64,000 nt of DNA from Schmidtea polychroa. Its lineage: Eukaryota. Position 1 is the first letter of the stretch, and every line of letters starts with the position of its first letter. Below the pieces are notes generated by a model that searched no databases, was not told the origin of the DNA, and saw only the letters and a program-made list of their open reading frames with translations. The position numbers were made by a program, and so were the translations under genes. This document shows positions 42,701 to 56,200 of this stretch, piece by piece. The stretch lies in assembly GCA_044892525.1 (NCBI GenBank), contig CM097886.1, positions 37,386,001 to 37,450,000 on the forward strand. The letters run 5' to 3'.

Positions 42701-44069
42701 ATTGATTCTTCAAAAATTCTTCCTCTATCTGTAAGAATGCGTTTTGGTCTACCAAACCAATATACCCAATTATTCAAAATGACATTAGTAGATGGATTGG
42801 ACAAAAACGTTGATTCATCCTGTTTACTTGTTGCTGATAAACTGACCAATTTACTAAAATGATCTATTATCACTATCATATATTTCTTACTTGCTTTTGT
42901 TTCCATATATGCAATATCCACTACTATCTGTGCTGAAGACCGTTTTCCTGTTCTTGGCAATAAGATTTTCTTTGTTCTTCCTCGATCAATCTTTCTACTT
43001 ACACAGGTCTTGCACTTATTAATACATTCCGTAATACTCTGATTCATGGATGGCCAAAAGAAAAAATCTTTTAAATAACATAAGGTTTTCTTAATGCCCA
43101 GATGGCACAATTCAATATGAAAATAATTTACCAATGTTTTTACGTACGTGTCAGGTACTACAACTGCAATTTTTCCATCTTTATTAACATTAATTGCATG
43201 ATATTTTTTATTTAGTTTGAATAAAATAAAATAACATTCCTTTGACTGAATTATAAAAATAATTTTAAAAAAATTGAATGTAAAAGTTAAAATCCGTTAA
43301 ATTCTGGTATGTTGTAAATTTTCTACACAATGCAATTAAGGGTTCATCATCAATACGTCGTATTGTATCTGTAATATTTTTAAATGCTTGGAAATAAATA
43401 TATACTTATTATTGTTTCATAAGATATATGAGCCTCATTCCCATTAAGATGTGATATGGATTTCTGAAATAATTTTGTCATCGTTTTGCTTCTGCTTAAT
43501 AATTTCTATAATGTTTGAACTTCCTTGCAGACTATTTATGTACAGAGTTCTACAATTTGTTTCTTTGGCGTCCTTGTGTTTCATCTTATCATTTAAACTA
43601 GACATACCATCCGCATTTCCATGTTCTTCTCCGTTCCTATATTGTAGCTCAAAATCGTATTCAGATAAATTTGCCATCCATGTCTGAAACTGTGGGCTTA
43701 TTGGTTTCTTTGTCGTGTTCATAAATATGCCTTGTGATCTGTTCTAGCTACAAATCTTCTTCCATATAAATATTGTCTGATATGTACAATAAACTCATGG
43801 AGAGCCAGCAACTCTTTCCTAATAACATCATATCTCATTTCATGTATTGTCAAATGTTTTGAACCATATGCTATCACTCCTTCAGTACCGTCTTCCCTAA
43901 TCTGAGATAAAACTACACATATTGCTCCGAAAATAGCATCCGTATCAAGGATGCTATAGTCGATCTACCATTGGAAATTCTGATATTTGTACTTCACACA
44001 AAAGTTTCTTTAAATCAGTGGCGTACCGTGAGGTTCTTGCGCCTGGGGGCAACTGAGAAATTAGCGCCC

Positions 44070-44136
<67 letters not shown>

Positions 44137-47100
44137 ATTTAATTTTTTTAAAGAATATTAATGACGAATAACGAAACAGGGTTAACAGATTTTAATAAGC
44201 GTATAAATAATATTTATTGACTTAGACAAAATACAGTTTAACATTAAATATTAATTCTTCTGGCTTTTGTCGTGGCAAAAATATCTATAATCTCATTAAA
44301 ATCAATTTTTTCAAACATTTCTGAATGCACACACATCTATTCTAAGAAACTAATGAAATAATAAAAAATATATTAATCTCTTAGATCTTAAGAATAATTT
44401 ATTACTTAATTTTTGTTCCAAATTGGCTTCCCTAATTTTGGCGCCCGGGGACAAATGTCCCCCTGCCCCCCCCCTAGTTACGCCACTGTAAATGTAACCG
44501 AACCAAAAAGTGTCACAGAATTGAGATCATTCTTAGGTTTAACGAATTATTATCGACGGTTTATCAAGAATTATTCAACGATAGCAGCACCTTTGTATAC
44601 AGCAATGACAGACAATCATCTTATCATTGTCTGTCATTGCTGTATACAAAGGTGCTGCTATCGTTGAATAATTCTTGATAAACCGTCGATAATAATTCGT
44701 TAAACCTAAGAATGATCTCAATTCTGTGACACTTTTTGGTTCGGTTACATTTACAATTTCTGAAATCTTTCTTTTATTTGTTTGAATTCCCTTTTCACCG
44801 ACTGTATGGCCAATAAAATTTAATACACTTTTACAGAACCAGCATTTTTCAGGATTAACTTTCAAACCGGCATCTCTAATTCGTGTAAATACTTCAAATA
44901 GAAGTTTATCATGAGTTTCATTATTTTTCGTATATATTAAAATGTCATCAAGATATACAACCACTCCTATGAATATTAATCCTTCCAATATCTGATAGAT
45001 AAGTTTCTGAAAAGTGGTGGGGGCTGTTGACAAACCAAATGGCAACCTGTTAAAACAACTGTCTCTCTTTTGTTCTAAATGCCGTCTTGGTTTGGGATTT
45101 TTCATGCAACTCTACCTGATAATAAATCAATTGATGAAAATATTTTTTGACTTACCGAGACAATCTAATAACTATCACTAGTGGTGTGTTCCACGGACTC
45201 TGACATTTTCTCACAACTCCAGCTTCTAAAAAATTCTGTGTTAACTCTTCAATTTCGTTTTCTATATCCATGGGTTGTCTTCTGGGATTTTGTAAAATTG
45301 AAGGGCCAGAAGTCGTTATTTCATGTGTTATTAGTTTTGTATGGCTTAAGTCAAAACAGGTTGCCATAAAAAAATTGCTAAACTTAGATATTAAAGTACC
45401 CAACTTCGAATTTCTGTCCAACTTGAGCGTCGATAACGCAAACTCTAACCGTTCAGAATCTGTAAATCTCTTAATAACTATCGCGGTATCAATATTATTG
45501 ATTAAAAAACGATTAAAATATTTAAAATTATTTAATATATAAAAGAATAATTACCTTTAAATGTTTATTATATAATCTCTAAAAAAAGTCGCACCTAAAT
45601 ATTATTTAATTTTTTCACTTAAAAAATCAAAATGCAGAATAAGAGATTTAATATTACAAAACTAAAAATAAACCTATTTTCTGTTTTTGATTTTTCTTAA
45701 AAAACCGGCTAATTTTTTGTTTCTCCTAACTGGTTCAGCGGAATCCTACTTTCGAGTCATATGGTGCTTTTAATTAGTTAAAAACGGGAAATCCAATTAT
45801 ACGTGGTGCGTTCAAGAAGTACCCGGACTAATTCATAAATTAATAATACCACTTTAACCATATTCTAGTGAAATCATTATCTATGATTACAAACATATAA
45901 TTTGTTTTAATATTCACTTACATAGCATCTTGAGGGGCGGCATTTCTAGTTTATTTGTCAAACCATTCTACATCCCGCGAGTATTTAAGCGTGATTAAAT
46001 TATTTGTTTTGCGTGGTAATAACAGCCAGCAAATATGGAATCAGTTGCAGATGATTTATGGCAATATATGCCATAAATCGTACAACAATTTAAGATTAGA
46101 TTAACCAATTCAAATATGGTCGCTAGTCAGAATTTGATGATGAGAAAGTTGATCGTCCTTATGAAATATCAGACCCAAAAAGAGAAATCTTTTGCAAATT
46201 GTGAATGAAGAACTCCGATTTACTGTCAAAAATATCTTGGATAATATTCTGAATGAATATGGCTTGAGAAAAGTGGCATCAAGTTATTCCCATGTTTTCT
46301 TTCCTTAGAGATGTGTGAAATTTACACATTGACAACAAAATTTAATCACACACTGAAGTGGTATTTTTTCCGGTCATAACTTAAATTGTACACATTGTTA
46401 AATACGTATTACATGCAGAATCGTAAATAAGCCGTTTTTCCATCAAAGGAAGCCATGCCCGTAAACCAATGTTTTGTTTTAAACCTAAACATTTAGTTCT
46501 AACTGTCAATATAGTGTTTACACAATTTATAACTAAAAATAAAAAAATGGTGCAGCGTAGGATTAATTCATTTTTAGCAATTTAATTCTTTGGTGATTAT
46601 CTTTTTTGGTTTGTTAATAAATTATAGTGTAAATTACTTTTAATCCAAAATTAGAAATGCTGAAAAGTAATTAAAATTAATTGAAATGGAAATTTTGTAT
46701 AAAATTAATTATAAATTATCTGAGCTTGAATAATGATCTCATCATTATGGAATCAAAATTCAAGCCTCAAAATATACTTTTTTTTCTCTTACTCGACGGT
46801 CATTTCCAAAATTGTTTCCAAAAATTCATAAATACAAAGAAATAATAACAAAAATAATGATTTATACAGTTGGTTTACACACTAACCTGTATTATAGATT
46901 GTTTTATTCCATGCAAACAGGTGTGGTGTAAGTTCTCAATTTGCACACCGACAACTATAAAAAATATCTCTTATTCGAGGTTATAATTAATTTTTAGCAA
47001 TTTAGTTCGTTTAAATTATGTTTGTCGTGTTTTTCTATTTTTTCAATCAAATTTTATTCTTAAATATCGACTTTTATTTCAAATTTTTCCTTACTATTTC

Positions 47101-49055
47101 TTTTTGCTACTGTATATTATGTTGGTACCGTAGGTTTACTCACTTGATGACTAGCTTACTATGCTGAATGACTTTTGGACAAAATATAATTACGTCATTG
47201 ATTTTTATTGCCCATCATTCGAACCCTGGGCGTTTACGATAAACCACTGGTTTTATCGCTCCGTGAGGAACCTTAACCAAATTTAAACACGTATAGTACT
47301 CATCATTACAAACAAATTTACAAACATAAATGAAACTACCATAATAAAAATTTAGTAAATAAATTGTAAAAAAATAAAATTGAGTTTCAAAAATAAATAA
47401 TACTAAAAAAATTATGACATTCTAATCTGAACTGAAAAATTGAACAAAAATCAGTTTTTCATAATATTTTATTAATATTTTTAAACATTATTTCATGTAC
47501 TTACTTGAATTTATTTATGTCTAGAGTTTTGGTTTCAAACTTTAATAATTGTAACGACTCTTTGTAAAAACAAATTTTCATATGAATTTTAGGTTAGTTT
47601 AAAGTACGAGCTACTTATATACTGCACGTGCTAACAGTGAGTTGCATATACTACACTGGAGTGACAGCTCTCGATTGTCGCTTCGTAAATAAAACGAGCC
47701 ATTGCGTCAGTATGTTACCCCCACGGTAAAATTTTAAGCGGGAATATGTTTAACATGCATTTTTTTTGGAATTTAACAATAGTTTCAATCAGTAATAACA
47801 AAAAAGAACAAATTAGAATTTACCCGGCGGGCCTGATAAATGTCTTCGGTGGGCCCTTGTTCTATGAATTTGTCATCCATTTATTTTATTGATTTTAATG
47901 TTCGAATTTTTATTTTTTGTATCTTACTTGAATTATTCGTCAATCATTTTAATGCACATATACACTAATAATAAAACTTAATAATAATTACTGGATTGTG
48001 AACTATGCGTTGTCATTTGATATTAAATGAAAGCTGTCTTTTTATTATGCTGTGGCAGGCGACATCTAATATCTTGTTTTTGATAGACGATATCTATTGA
48101 GTTTGAGACAATTCCGCAGTTTATTTAGTATTCATGATTAGGTCTCTAATGATTTCCTTGAAGGCTATATTACTATACTCTGACGTAGTCTTAAAGCTTT
48201 TGATTGTTTTGCTCCACTGAAACTACTTTTGAATGTGCTACAAAAGTTTAGTCGAAATTTTAACTTTAAATGATTTAAAATTTAACTTAGAAAAAATTAA
48301 ATAAAAACATAAAGAAAACATCATGATAATTGTCATAAAAATTTAATTAAAACTTAATAAATTACAGAAAATTACTTATAATTTACATAAAACTTTTTGT
48401 GCAGATATGCATAAAAGTTGAAAAAATTTAGCATATAATTTTACTTAATTGTGATCAAAATCCGTTTGTATATATAGCCTGATTTAGGTATACTAGTTGG
48501 TGTGTATGCATTAGTGTATTTAAACAAATTCAAATACTTTCAAATCAATTTTTTAATTTAGTTTTCGTCATTTTAGGAGCTATTTTTTATTTTTATTATT
48601 TATTTTTTTTCTCAATTATAATATTTTATTTTATTTTTATTGATTACGACTCCATGATGGATAATCATATCGGACTCCTGTTAAACAATTGTTAAACAAT
48701 TGAATCAAAAATTGAATAAATTGATAGCAAAATTTGAATCAGGTGAAGAAACAGAAGCTCATATAATGATGGGGCGAAAGTTGAGGGGAAATGAATTAAA
48801 ACTTGATGTTACAAAAAAGAGTTAAAACTGATATGCCTAGGGTTAGTGGTGAATCAAATGTGATGAATTAAATATAAGGGAAAATAAGAATAGAATAAAA
48901 TACAAAATTAAAAATATATTCATTAAAACAGACTATGCACATATTCATTAAACAGAGTAGGCGAAATCAAAGTAGCATCAAAACCAATATAGCAGAATAG
49001 GATTATTATTATACTGCTATTATTTTTGGCATTTCATGAAATATCATTATTACTA

Positions 49056-49141
<86 letters not shown>

Positions 49142-49293
49142 CAGTAATAAATTATTATTGGTGGTATCATTATTTGTATAATTGTTATAATTATGATAGG
49201 AAAATAAAATAAAATTGTTATTATTATCATTATGTATATTATTATAATTCTCATTATTATTATTGTGGTAGTTATTATTAATATTATAATTAC

Positions 49294-49374
<81 letters not shown>

Positions 49375-52300
49375 CAAAAATAAAATTTTACTTACATTTT
49401 CATAATTCATTCAAATAAATTTCCATAGTTCATAATCTTCACTAGCTCACCGAGGTGCATATCTGAACACATTTTCTCAAATTTTATTAAAAAATATTTT
49501 CACGTAATTAAATACTGGATTAAGTCTTCGGATGAAGAAATTGCTCATCAAGTTTCCTGTTATATTTCGTTAGAAATCTATCTTCTCTAAATGTACCTAT
49601 TCCATGTTAGTCACAACGCAATCGATTCCGGTCTTGTCTCCGATAAACGTTTCAACCTTATCGACTTTTCCACATGCAAAGCATTGGTTCCGGTTCCTAA
49701 ACTCCATAAATCATCCGTCAAAAGACCAGCAAAAATAAATAAAAACCCACCAAAAATTAGACCAACGCCACACTTGCTGTCTCGCGGAGCGCGCGATTGG
49801 GAGTTCCAACCGTGTCAGCGACTGCATATTGCCTCTGAGTTCTAGAAATAAAATTCGTTAAAGAAGAGTGATAATTTCGATTAATGTTTGTTAGAGGATA
49901 ATAAAACAAAATAATTGATACGTAAAAGTGAATATAAGAAATAGATTTGGAAAGTTTTATTAGACCCGAAATTCTTTTATTGGGCCAATTAGATTTCGTG
50001 AGGGGAAAAATCAGTGTGTGTGTATTAGGGCTTGCAAATTTACCGACTTTTTCAATTACCGGTAATTCGGTAATTTATGTGGAAAAAACCGGTAAACCGG
50101 TAATTTACCGGTAATTTTGAGAGTATTTTAGTTAGTTGATATTTTATTCAAACTAATTACTTATAATATGTTTTATAAAATTCAAGTCAGTTATTTTATT
50201 AATTCATTCTTTTATTTTATTAATTCATAATCATAACATTATAATATATAAAAAAAAGTATAAACGCAAATTAGAAAAAAATTAAAACTTCATTTCAACT
50301 CTTGTTTTTGATTGAAATACTGCCTTAAAAAACACATTGTGTTTAACGTGTTATCATTTAAGCTCGACCTCAACTTGGTGCAGATCAGACCGGCTGCTGA
50401 AAACGCGCGCTCCGATTCGACACTTGTCGGTCGAACAGTCAACAACATTTGAAATGCTTTCTCTAAATATTTACCTCGGATGTTCTGTTCTTGGAAAAAG
50501 TCCATTTCCTTTTTAATAATGTTTGCTAATCCTTTACCTTTAGGTGATTTTGGGCGAGTACTTTCCAAATTCGATTTATTCATCTTCTGCTGAATTGTAA
50601 GTTGCAGCTTTTCTTTCATTGTTAACGCTGGCGATGCCGATGTTGACGGAGTTGCACGCTCATCTGAAGTACATGTTTCTGAATCTGAAATTTCAGTTTC
50701 AGACTCTTCATTTAACGTAAACCGTTCAATTAATTCAACGATTTTTTTTATTATCAATGGTTTTGTTGTTTTATAGAATATTTCATAATTATCATCGTCA
50801 TTTCTTATTCTTACATTAATTACATTTGGATCATGGAGATAGTGCAAAATATCTGCACAAATGTTTCTCCTTTCTTTAATACGTATAATTAGAGATTCTT
50901 TAAGTTCTTTACTTAGAAGTGTGTTTTGCACACTAAGCTCATCTAACATAAATTTCATTGTTATATCTGAAACATATAAATTAACGTCTTCTCGACATAG
51001 TGCTTCCACAGCAAGTTTTACTGGTTGCAATGATGCAATTATATTTTTAAGTAAAACAACTTCATTTTCGCTGAAACTTAACTCGGATTTAATGTCGATT
51101 AAACTTTTTCTTATTGCACTTTCAACTTCGCAGAATCTCTCTAGCATTGCACAAAGACTATTCCATCTGGTTTTTGAGTCTATGATCAAGGATAGCTCTT
51201 TGTTAAATTCTTCCTTAATATGCTTCTGTAAATTGTCGTTCTTTGTAGGGGATCTGCGAAACAATACAACAACTTTTCTAATTTTTGTTATTAGAGGACT
51301 TATTTCTTCATGTTGAACATCAATACAAGTGGGTACCGTATTAATTACTTCAAAGCCCACTTCATCTTCTTCGGAAATGCCTTCTTCACTTTCTAAATCG
51401 GTTTCTGTTTCATCCACAATACTTACTTCCTCTATATGAATATCGCTCATGTCTTTTTTACGATATAAAACATTAATGACGGCTAGCTGAATGCCGTGTG
51501 CTAAACACAATTGATGATTAGCATTAATCAACGAACCTACTTTCTTCATCACCGAAGCACCATCAGTTGTTATTGAAAAAATGTTGTCTAAAGTTAGTTT
51601 GAACTCATTTAACTTATTTTGCAACAGCGTTATACATTTATCAGCTGGCATCGAACCATGTACTCTCACAAGACCCAAGTTCCAAAAGCGGTCATTTACA
51701 TGAACGTTTATGTTCATATATCGTCGATTCTTAACAGACGTCCACTCGTCAAACGTCAAACTGAATACACTATTATTAGATTTTCGGTTGGATAAATCTT
51801 CAACCACTTGTTTGCGAATTTTATCCCCATAGTCCATTACAATTTTTTTGATCGTATGGGAAGATCTTGGTACTTCTTTATAATATTTAGCTTTAATTAG
51901 TACTCGGATATCGTAGGATGTGGCAACTCTATAAAACGGTATATTATCTTTTGCTGTCAAACGCGCGAGAACAGCTGGAAGTGAATCATCAACCTTTTTT
52001 ATAAAGAAATTTGATATATTATTGTTTGTAGTGCTAGCGATGACTTTGTTTGTAATTTGACTAGATGATGCCATATCACTCTCGTCATCTTTTCTCTTCA
52101 ATAGATTAATTTTATGCTGAGATTTAAGATGGGCATGCAAACCGCTAGTGCTACCACCAACACATTTAATCGGTTTCGCACAACTATTGCAGACGGCTTC
52201 ATTCTTATTTGTTTCTTTGAAATAGGTCCATATTAAATTTTTACGCATGATGGCTAAAATATTTTTTGGTTTTAAATAACGAATAAATTAGTATTTTTTG

Positions 52301-53198
52301 TATTACCTTACCTTTATTAAATTTTATGAGACGTTCTATTATATTAAAAAAAAATTGATATATTTATTATAAATTATATACTGCAACAATTTATGTATTT
52401 CAATTTTAACAGTTAAAATTGTTCAATATTTCGAAATTCCACGAAAAACATTCGTTTCTGTCAGTATATAACTTGAATATTACAAACAGATAAAAAATTT
52501 CTACTTCGGTTTGAGCGAGCACTTAACATATATATGATAGAATAATAGAATATTAAGCATGAATATTTCACGCATTTGCATACACAACAAGAAACAAAAA
52601 TTTGTTTTATATTTACGTAGGTGCGAGTGTGACTTGTGACCACTGAACAGAAGTGTGAAACTTTTTATATTTTACAATATTTTTCGTTTTGTTCCGTACA
52701 TACTACTTTATAAATAAAGTCGAATTTCTTTATTATAGTATAATTATTAATTTTAAATATTAAATTCAACTATTTACTTATAAAATAGTATGCACAGAAC
52801 GGAACAAAACGATAAATATTGTATAATATAAAGTTTAAATTTTTACCGAAAAAACCGGTAAAAAATAATGAATTTACCGGTTTTTCGGTAATGAATTTTT
52901 TAGCAATTTACCGGTTAACCGGTAAATCGGTTAATCGGTATTGCAAGCCCTAGTGTGTATCGATGGCAGTTACCGCACATTCAATTGATGAAGATGCAAT
53001 AAATAAATAATAGTGAAGGCACAGAGTGCCGCTGGTTCAAAGTGGCGCCAAGTGCTCAATCTGATAAATTTTGTTATTTGGATGTGTGTCCAGATAATGG
53101 TTAAAATGAAAGGCACAAAGTGCCGAAAAATGTAAACAATTTGTAAAGCACATTGATGCTAATTATTATTATATTTATTAATATTATTATTTTTATTA

Positions 53199-53248
<50 letters not shown>

Positions 53249-56200
53249 GTTGTTGTTGTTGTTAGTATTACAAATAAGTACAAATAAGTATTATTTTCAA
53301 TATTATTATGAGTATTAGTATTGTTAGGACTGTTAGTATCAATATTTATTTAATACAGTCACCAAAATACATAGGATATTTCATGAGTTAAAATAACAAG
53401 GGAATTAATACAATGTACATTACAATAGAATCCATTAGAACGGGATAATTATTTATTTTTGGATTTTAAAATGAAAACTAATAAAATAACTAAAAATCAA
53501 AATTTTAATTAATTTCGAGGACGAAATTTTTTTAAAGGGGGAAATATGCTAAGGATATTTAAATAATAAATAACTTGGAGGAAGATCGTCATGACAAACG
53601 GGACCATCTATAGGAACTCAGAAAAGAAAACGAAGTAAAAAGAAATGAAAAATGAGAAACAGAAATCAAAGAAAAGAAAACAAACAAGAAATTTAAACAA
53701 AGGTCATTGTTAATTAAGAAGTACAAATGAAGGTGGAATTCCAAATTCCAGAAAAACAAAAATATGGGGAAAGCCGTATCTTGACAGCTTATCAAAGATA
53801 GCGAAAGTCGGCACAACATGAAAAAAAGAAAAACATCTTGATATCTTTCAGAGATAAGGCTGACGCAGAGGAAAAGGAAAATGGAAAACAGAATCGGTCG
53901 CCAGTGCCACAAATGAAACAGACTAAATTAAGGGGAACAGTTGACCGAGAAAGCAGAACAAAAAGTAGAATAAAATTAGAGACAAAAGCCGAGACAACGA
54001 GAGTTAAAAGGACAATTAAATTTTGAGAGTTAAAAAGAGAATTAAATGGAGAATTTAAAGGTACAATTAAAAAGGAGAATTAAACAGAATTCAGAACAGA
54101 GTGAAACGAGAAGTAACGAGAATCTTTTGTAAAAATTGATTATAAAGTGAAAGTGGAGTAAATAAATATGGTGGTCAAACAAATAGAACAATCAATCAAT
54201 GTACCCTGTAATTGAGTGATTGACGGCTAGTGATTATTGTTGTAGTTACAGAAAGGGCTATTCTTCACGTAGTGTCGATATAAGCTCTGTGTGATAAATT
54301 GGTTTATAGTTAATTGGTTGTAATTGAAATTTGTACAATTCCGTGTGGATATTAATAAAGCGTATCGTGTTCGTGAGTGTTGAATTGTGAATTAATAAAC
54401 ACGCTTTGGAGTCAGAGTAAAAGTTTGAATTTACAAACATTGTCACCCACTCAATAACCCAACACATATCTCGACAGCTGTCATAGATAATAAAAGACCT
54501 AGAGATGATCAAAGGAAGTATACGAGATGAATGAATCTAAACTAAAGTCAATATCAGTAAGTGTTATTAAACTGCAGACTATAAAAAGGAAACACCACTT
54601 GTATCAAAACAGAAGTTGCAAAAGTTGGAAAGTGAAAACAGAAGTTTAAAGAAGAAAAATAGATGGAGTTTGCAAACAAAAGACGAAGACAGAAGTTGTA
54701 AAGAGAAGGAAAATAGAACCAGGAAGAAACCCTACGATAACAACATCAAACATTTGGAGAAATCGTGTTGTGGAAGCAGAAATCAAATTGAAATTAAAGG
54801 AACCCATCGGAAATACAAATATATCGTGTATGTTGGATTAAACAAAGATTTTTTAGGTTATTAACTAAATTTTTAGAGTCTAGGACATTTCCCCCATTAT
54901 CGTTTACTCACATGAAACCGACATATTATTATTATTATTATATATAGTCAGAGTTTATCCGACAAGATATTTTATCCCCCTATTAGTCGCAAGGGTACTG
55001 GTCATACTCAACATGTCGCACGAGTAAAAAAGACAATGAAACATATTAGTACATTTATTATTAACTACTGAACCCGGAGGTAGAGTTTGGGTGTCATGTA
55101 CTTCACCAGACACAAAGTATCTCTCGCGAAATTGGGCAAGGGATCTCTTGTGAGCCTCCACGTTCCAACCCCATGATACAGGATCTCAATGCCAATAAAA
55201 CAGTGTTCTCCAAACTTTTTTCGATGGCGACACCCCATTCACTTAAAAAAAATTTCGAGACACCCCTGACAAATATTTTCGATATAAAATTTTGCATCAA
55301 ATTTTATGAAAGTTTAATACCGTTTAACTTGCAGGTTTGAGAAAAAAAATTAACACAAATTATTTTTATTTTACGTATTCTTATTTATTTTTTTCCTTCT
55401 CAAACTTCAATATGATGAATGTGCTTGATGTTCCGAGCAAACAACGTTGAAACTATGCGAGAGCGACGACAAACTAACTCGCATTTCTTCATCAACTGTC
55501 TGCAGTCTTTCATGTTTCTTTGATTTGATCTCAGCCAGTGCCGAAAATCCAAGTTCACATAAGTATGATGTATAAAACGGAAGCAATAATTTTAACGCTT
55601 TGATGCTCAACTCGGGATAATCCTTGCCTAGAAAAATCCAAAACTCTACCAGTCATTTTTGTTCAAAATTAATTTTGTTGACCATGTCGTTTTTCAAATC
55701 AATAAGCTGTTCTTCTTTCGTGGAAAATTCAAGACATTCGTTTGTTCTAAATGGATTCAAAATCCACTGATAAAGATTGACGTTTAAGGAGGGGAAATAA
55801 TTGTCGAGTGCCTTCAAAAGCATTTCCATGGTTTGGATAGCAAGCTCAGAAATTTCATCCTTATTAGTGAATTTATCAACGGTGGGAAGAAAATCAAAGC
55901 TTTTTTCCTTGATTTTTCTGATGAACAAGTGAAGTTTTTCTTTGAATAAAAGAAGATTTAATGTTTCCGTCATAATATTTTCAGCTGATAGCTGAAGATT
56001 CTTATTAAGAACATTGAGTCTGTTGAAAAGATCATTAAGAAATGATACCTTCATCCACCACTCACTGTCTCGAAAATCAAAATCGAGTGTGATATCCTCA
56101 ACTTCAAGAAATGAAATTATTTCAGTTTTGAGGTGTACAACACGCTCAAGAACTTTTCCTTTGGAAAACTATCGAACTTCTGTGTGGTAGAGCAGAGTTT

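Larger units (their letters stand above)
42250..45480 (-). mobile_element. Ty3/gypsy LTR retrotransposon pol relic (RT, RNase H, integrase)
   Basis: [59 protein letters not shown]; integrase H-LCHLG...C..C, IDHFSK, ILTDRG, SNGLAER. No paired LTRs seen. Confidence 0.92.

Noticed and set aside
44413-44667. Plus-strand ORF with [14 protein letters not shown] as a second gypsy copy
   Set aside because: It is the inverted arm of the foldback
49141-49410. Poly-Ile and IY-repeat ORFs (also 53101-53283, 43971-44171)
   Set aside because: Translations of (ATT)n and (TA)n microsatellites
50861-51316. Antisense ORFs overlapping real CDSs (also 32063-32443, 21890-22129, 30994-31299, 614-907)
   Set aside because: Shadow frames of coding sequence, with no independent motifs
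53011-53140. Two GGCAC-nnn-GTGCC hairpins, one followed by GAAA, as further hammerheads
   Set aside because: No CUGANGA/UUGANAA core and no convincing stem I
53560-54900. Purine-rich stretches and short ORFs as an LTR/gag region (similar at 16650-17200 and 37900-38100)
   Set aside because: No paired LTRs, PBS or recognisable gag motif; probably TE debris but not supportable
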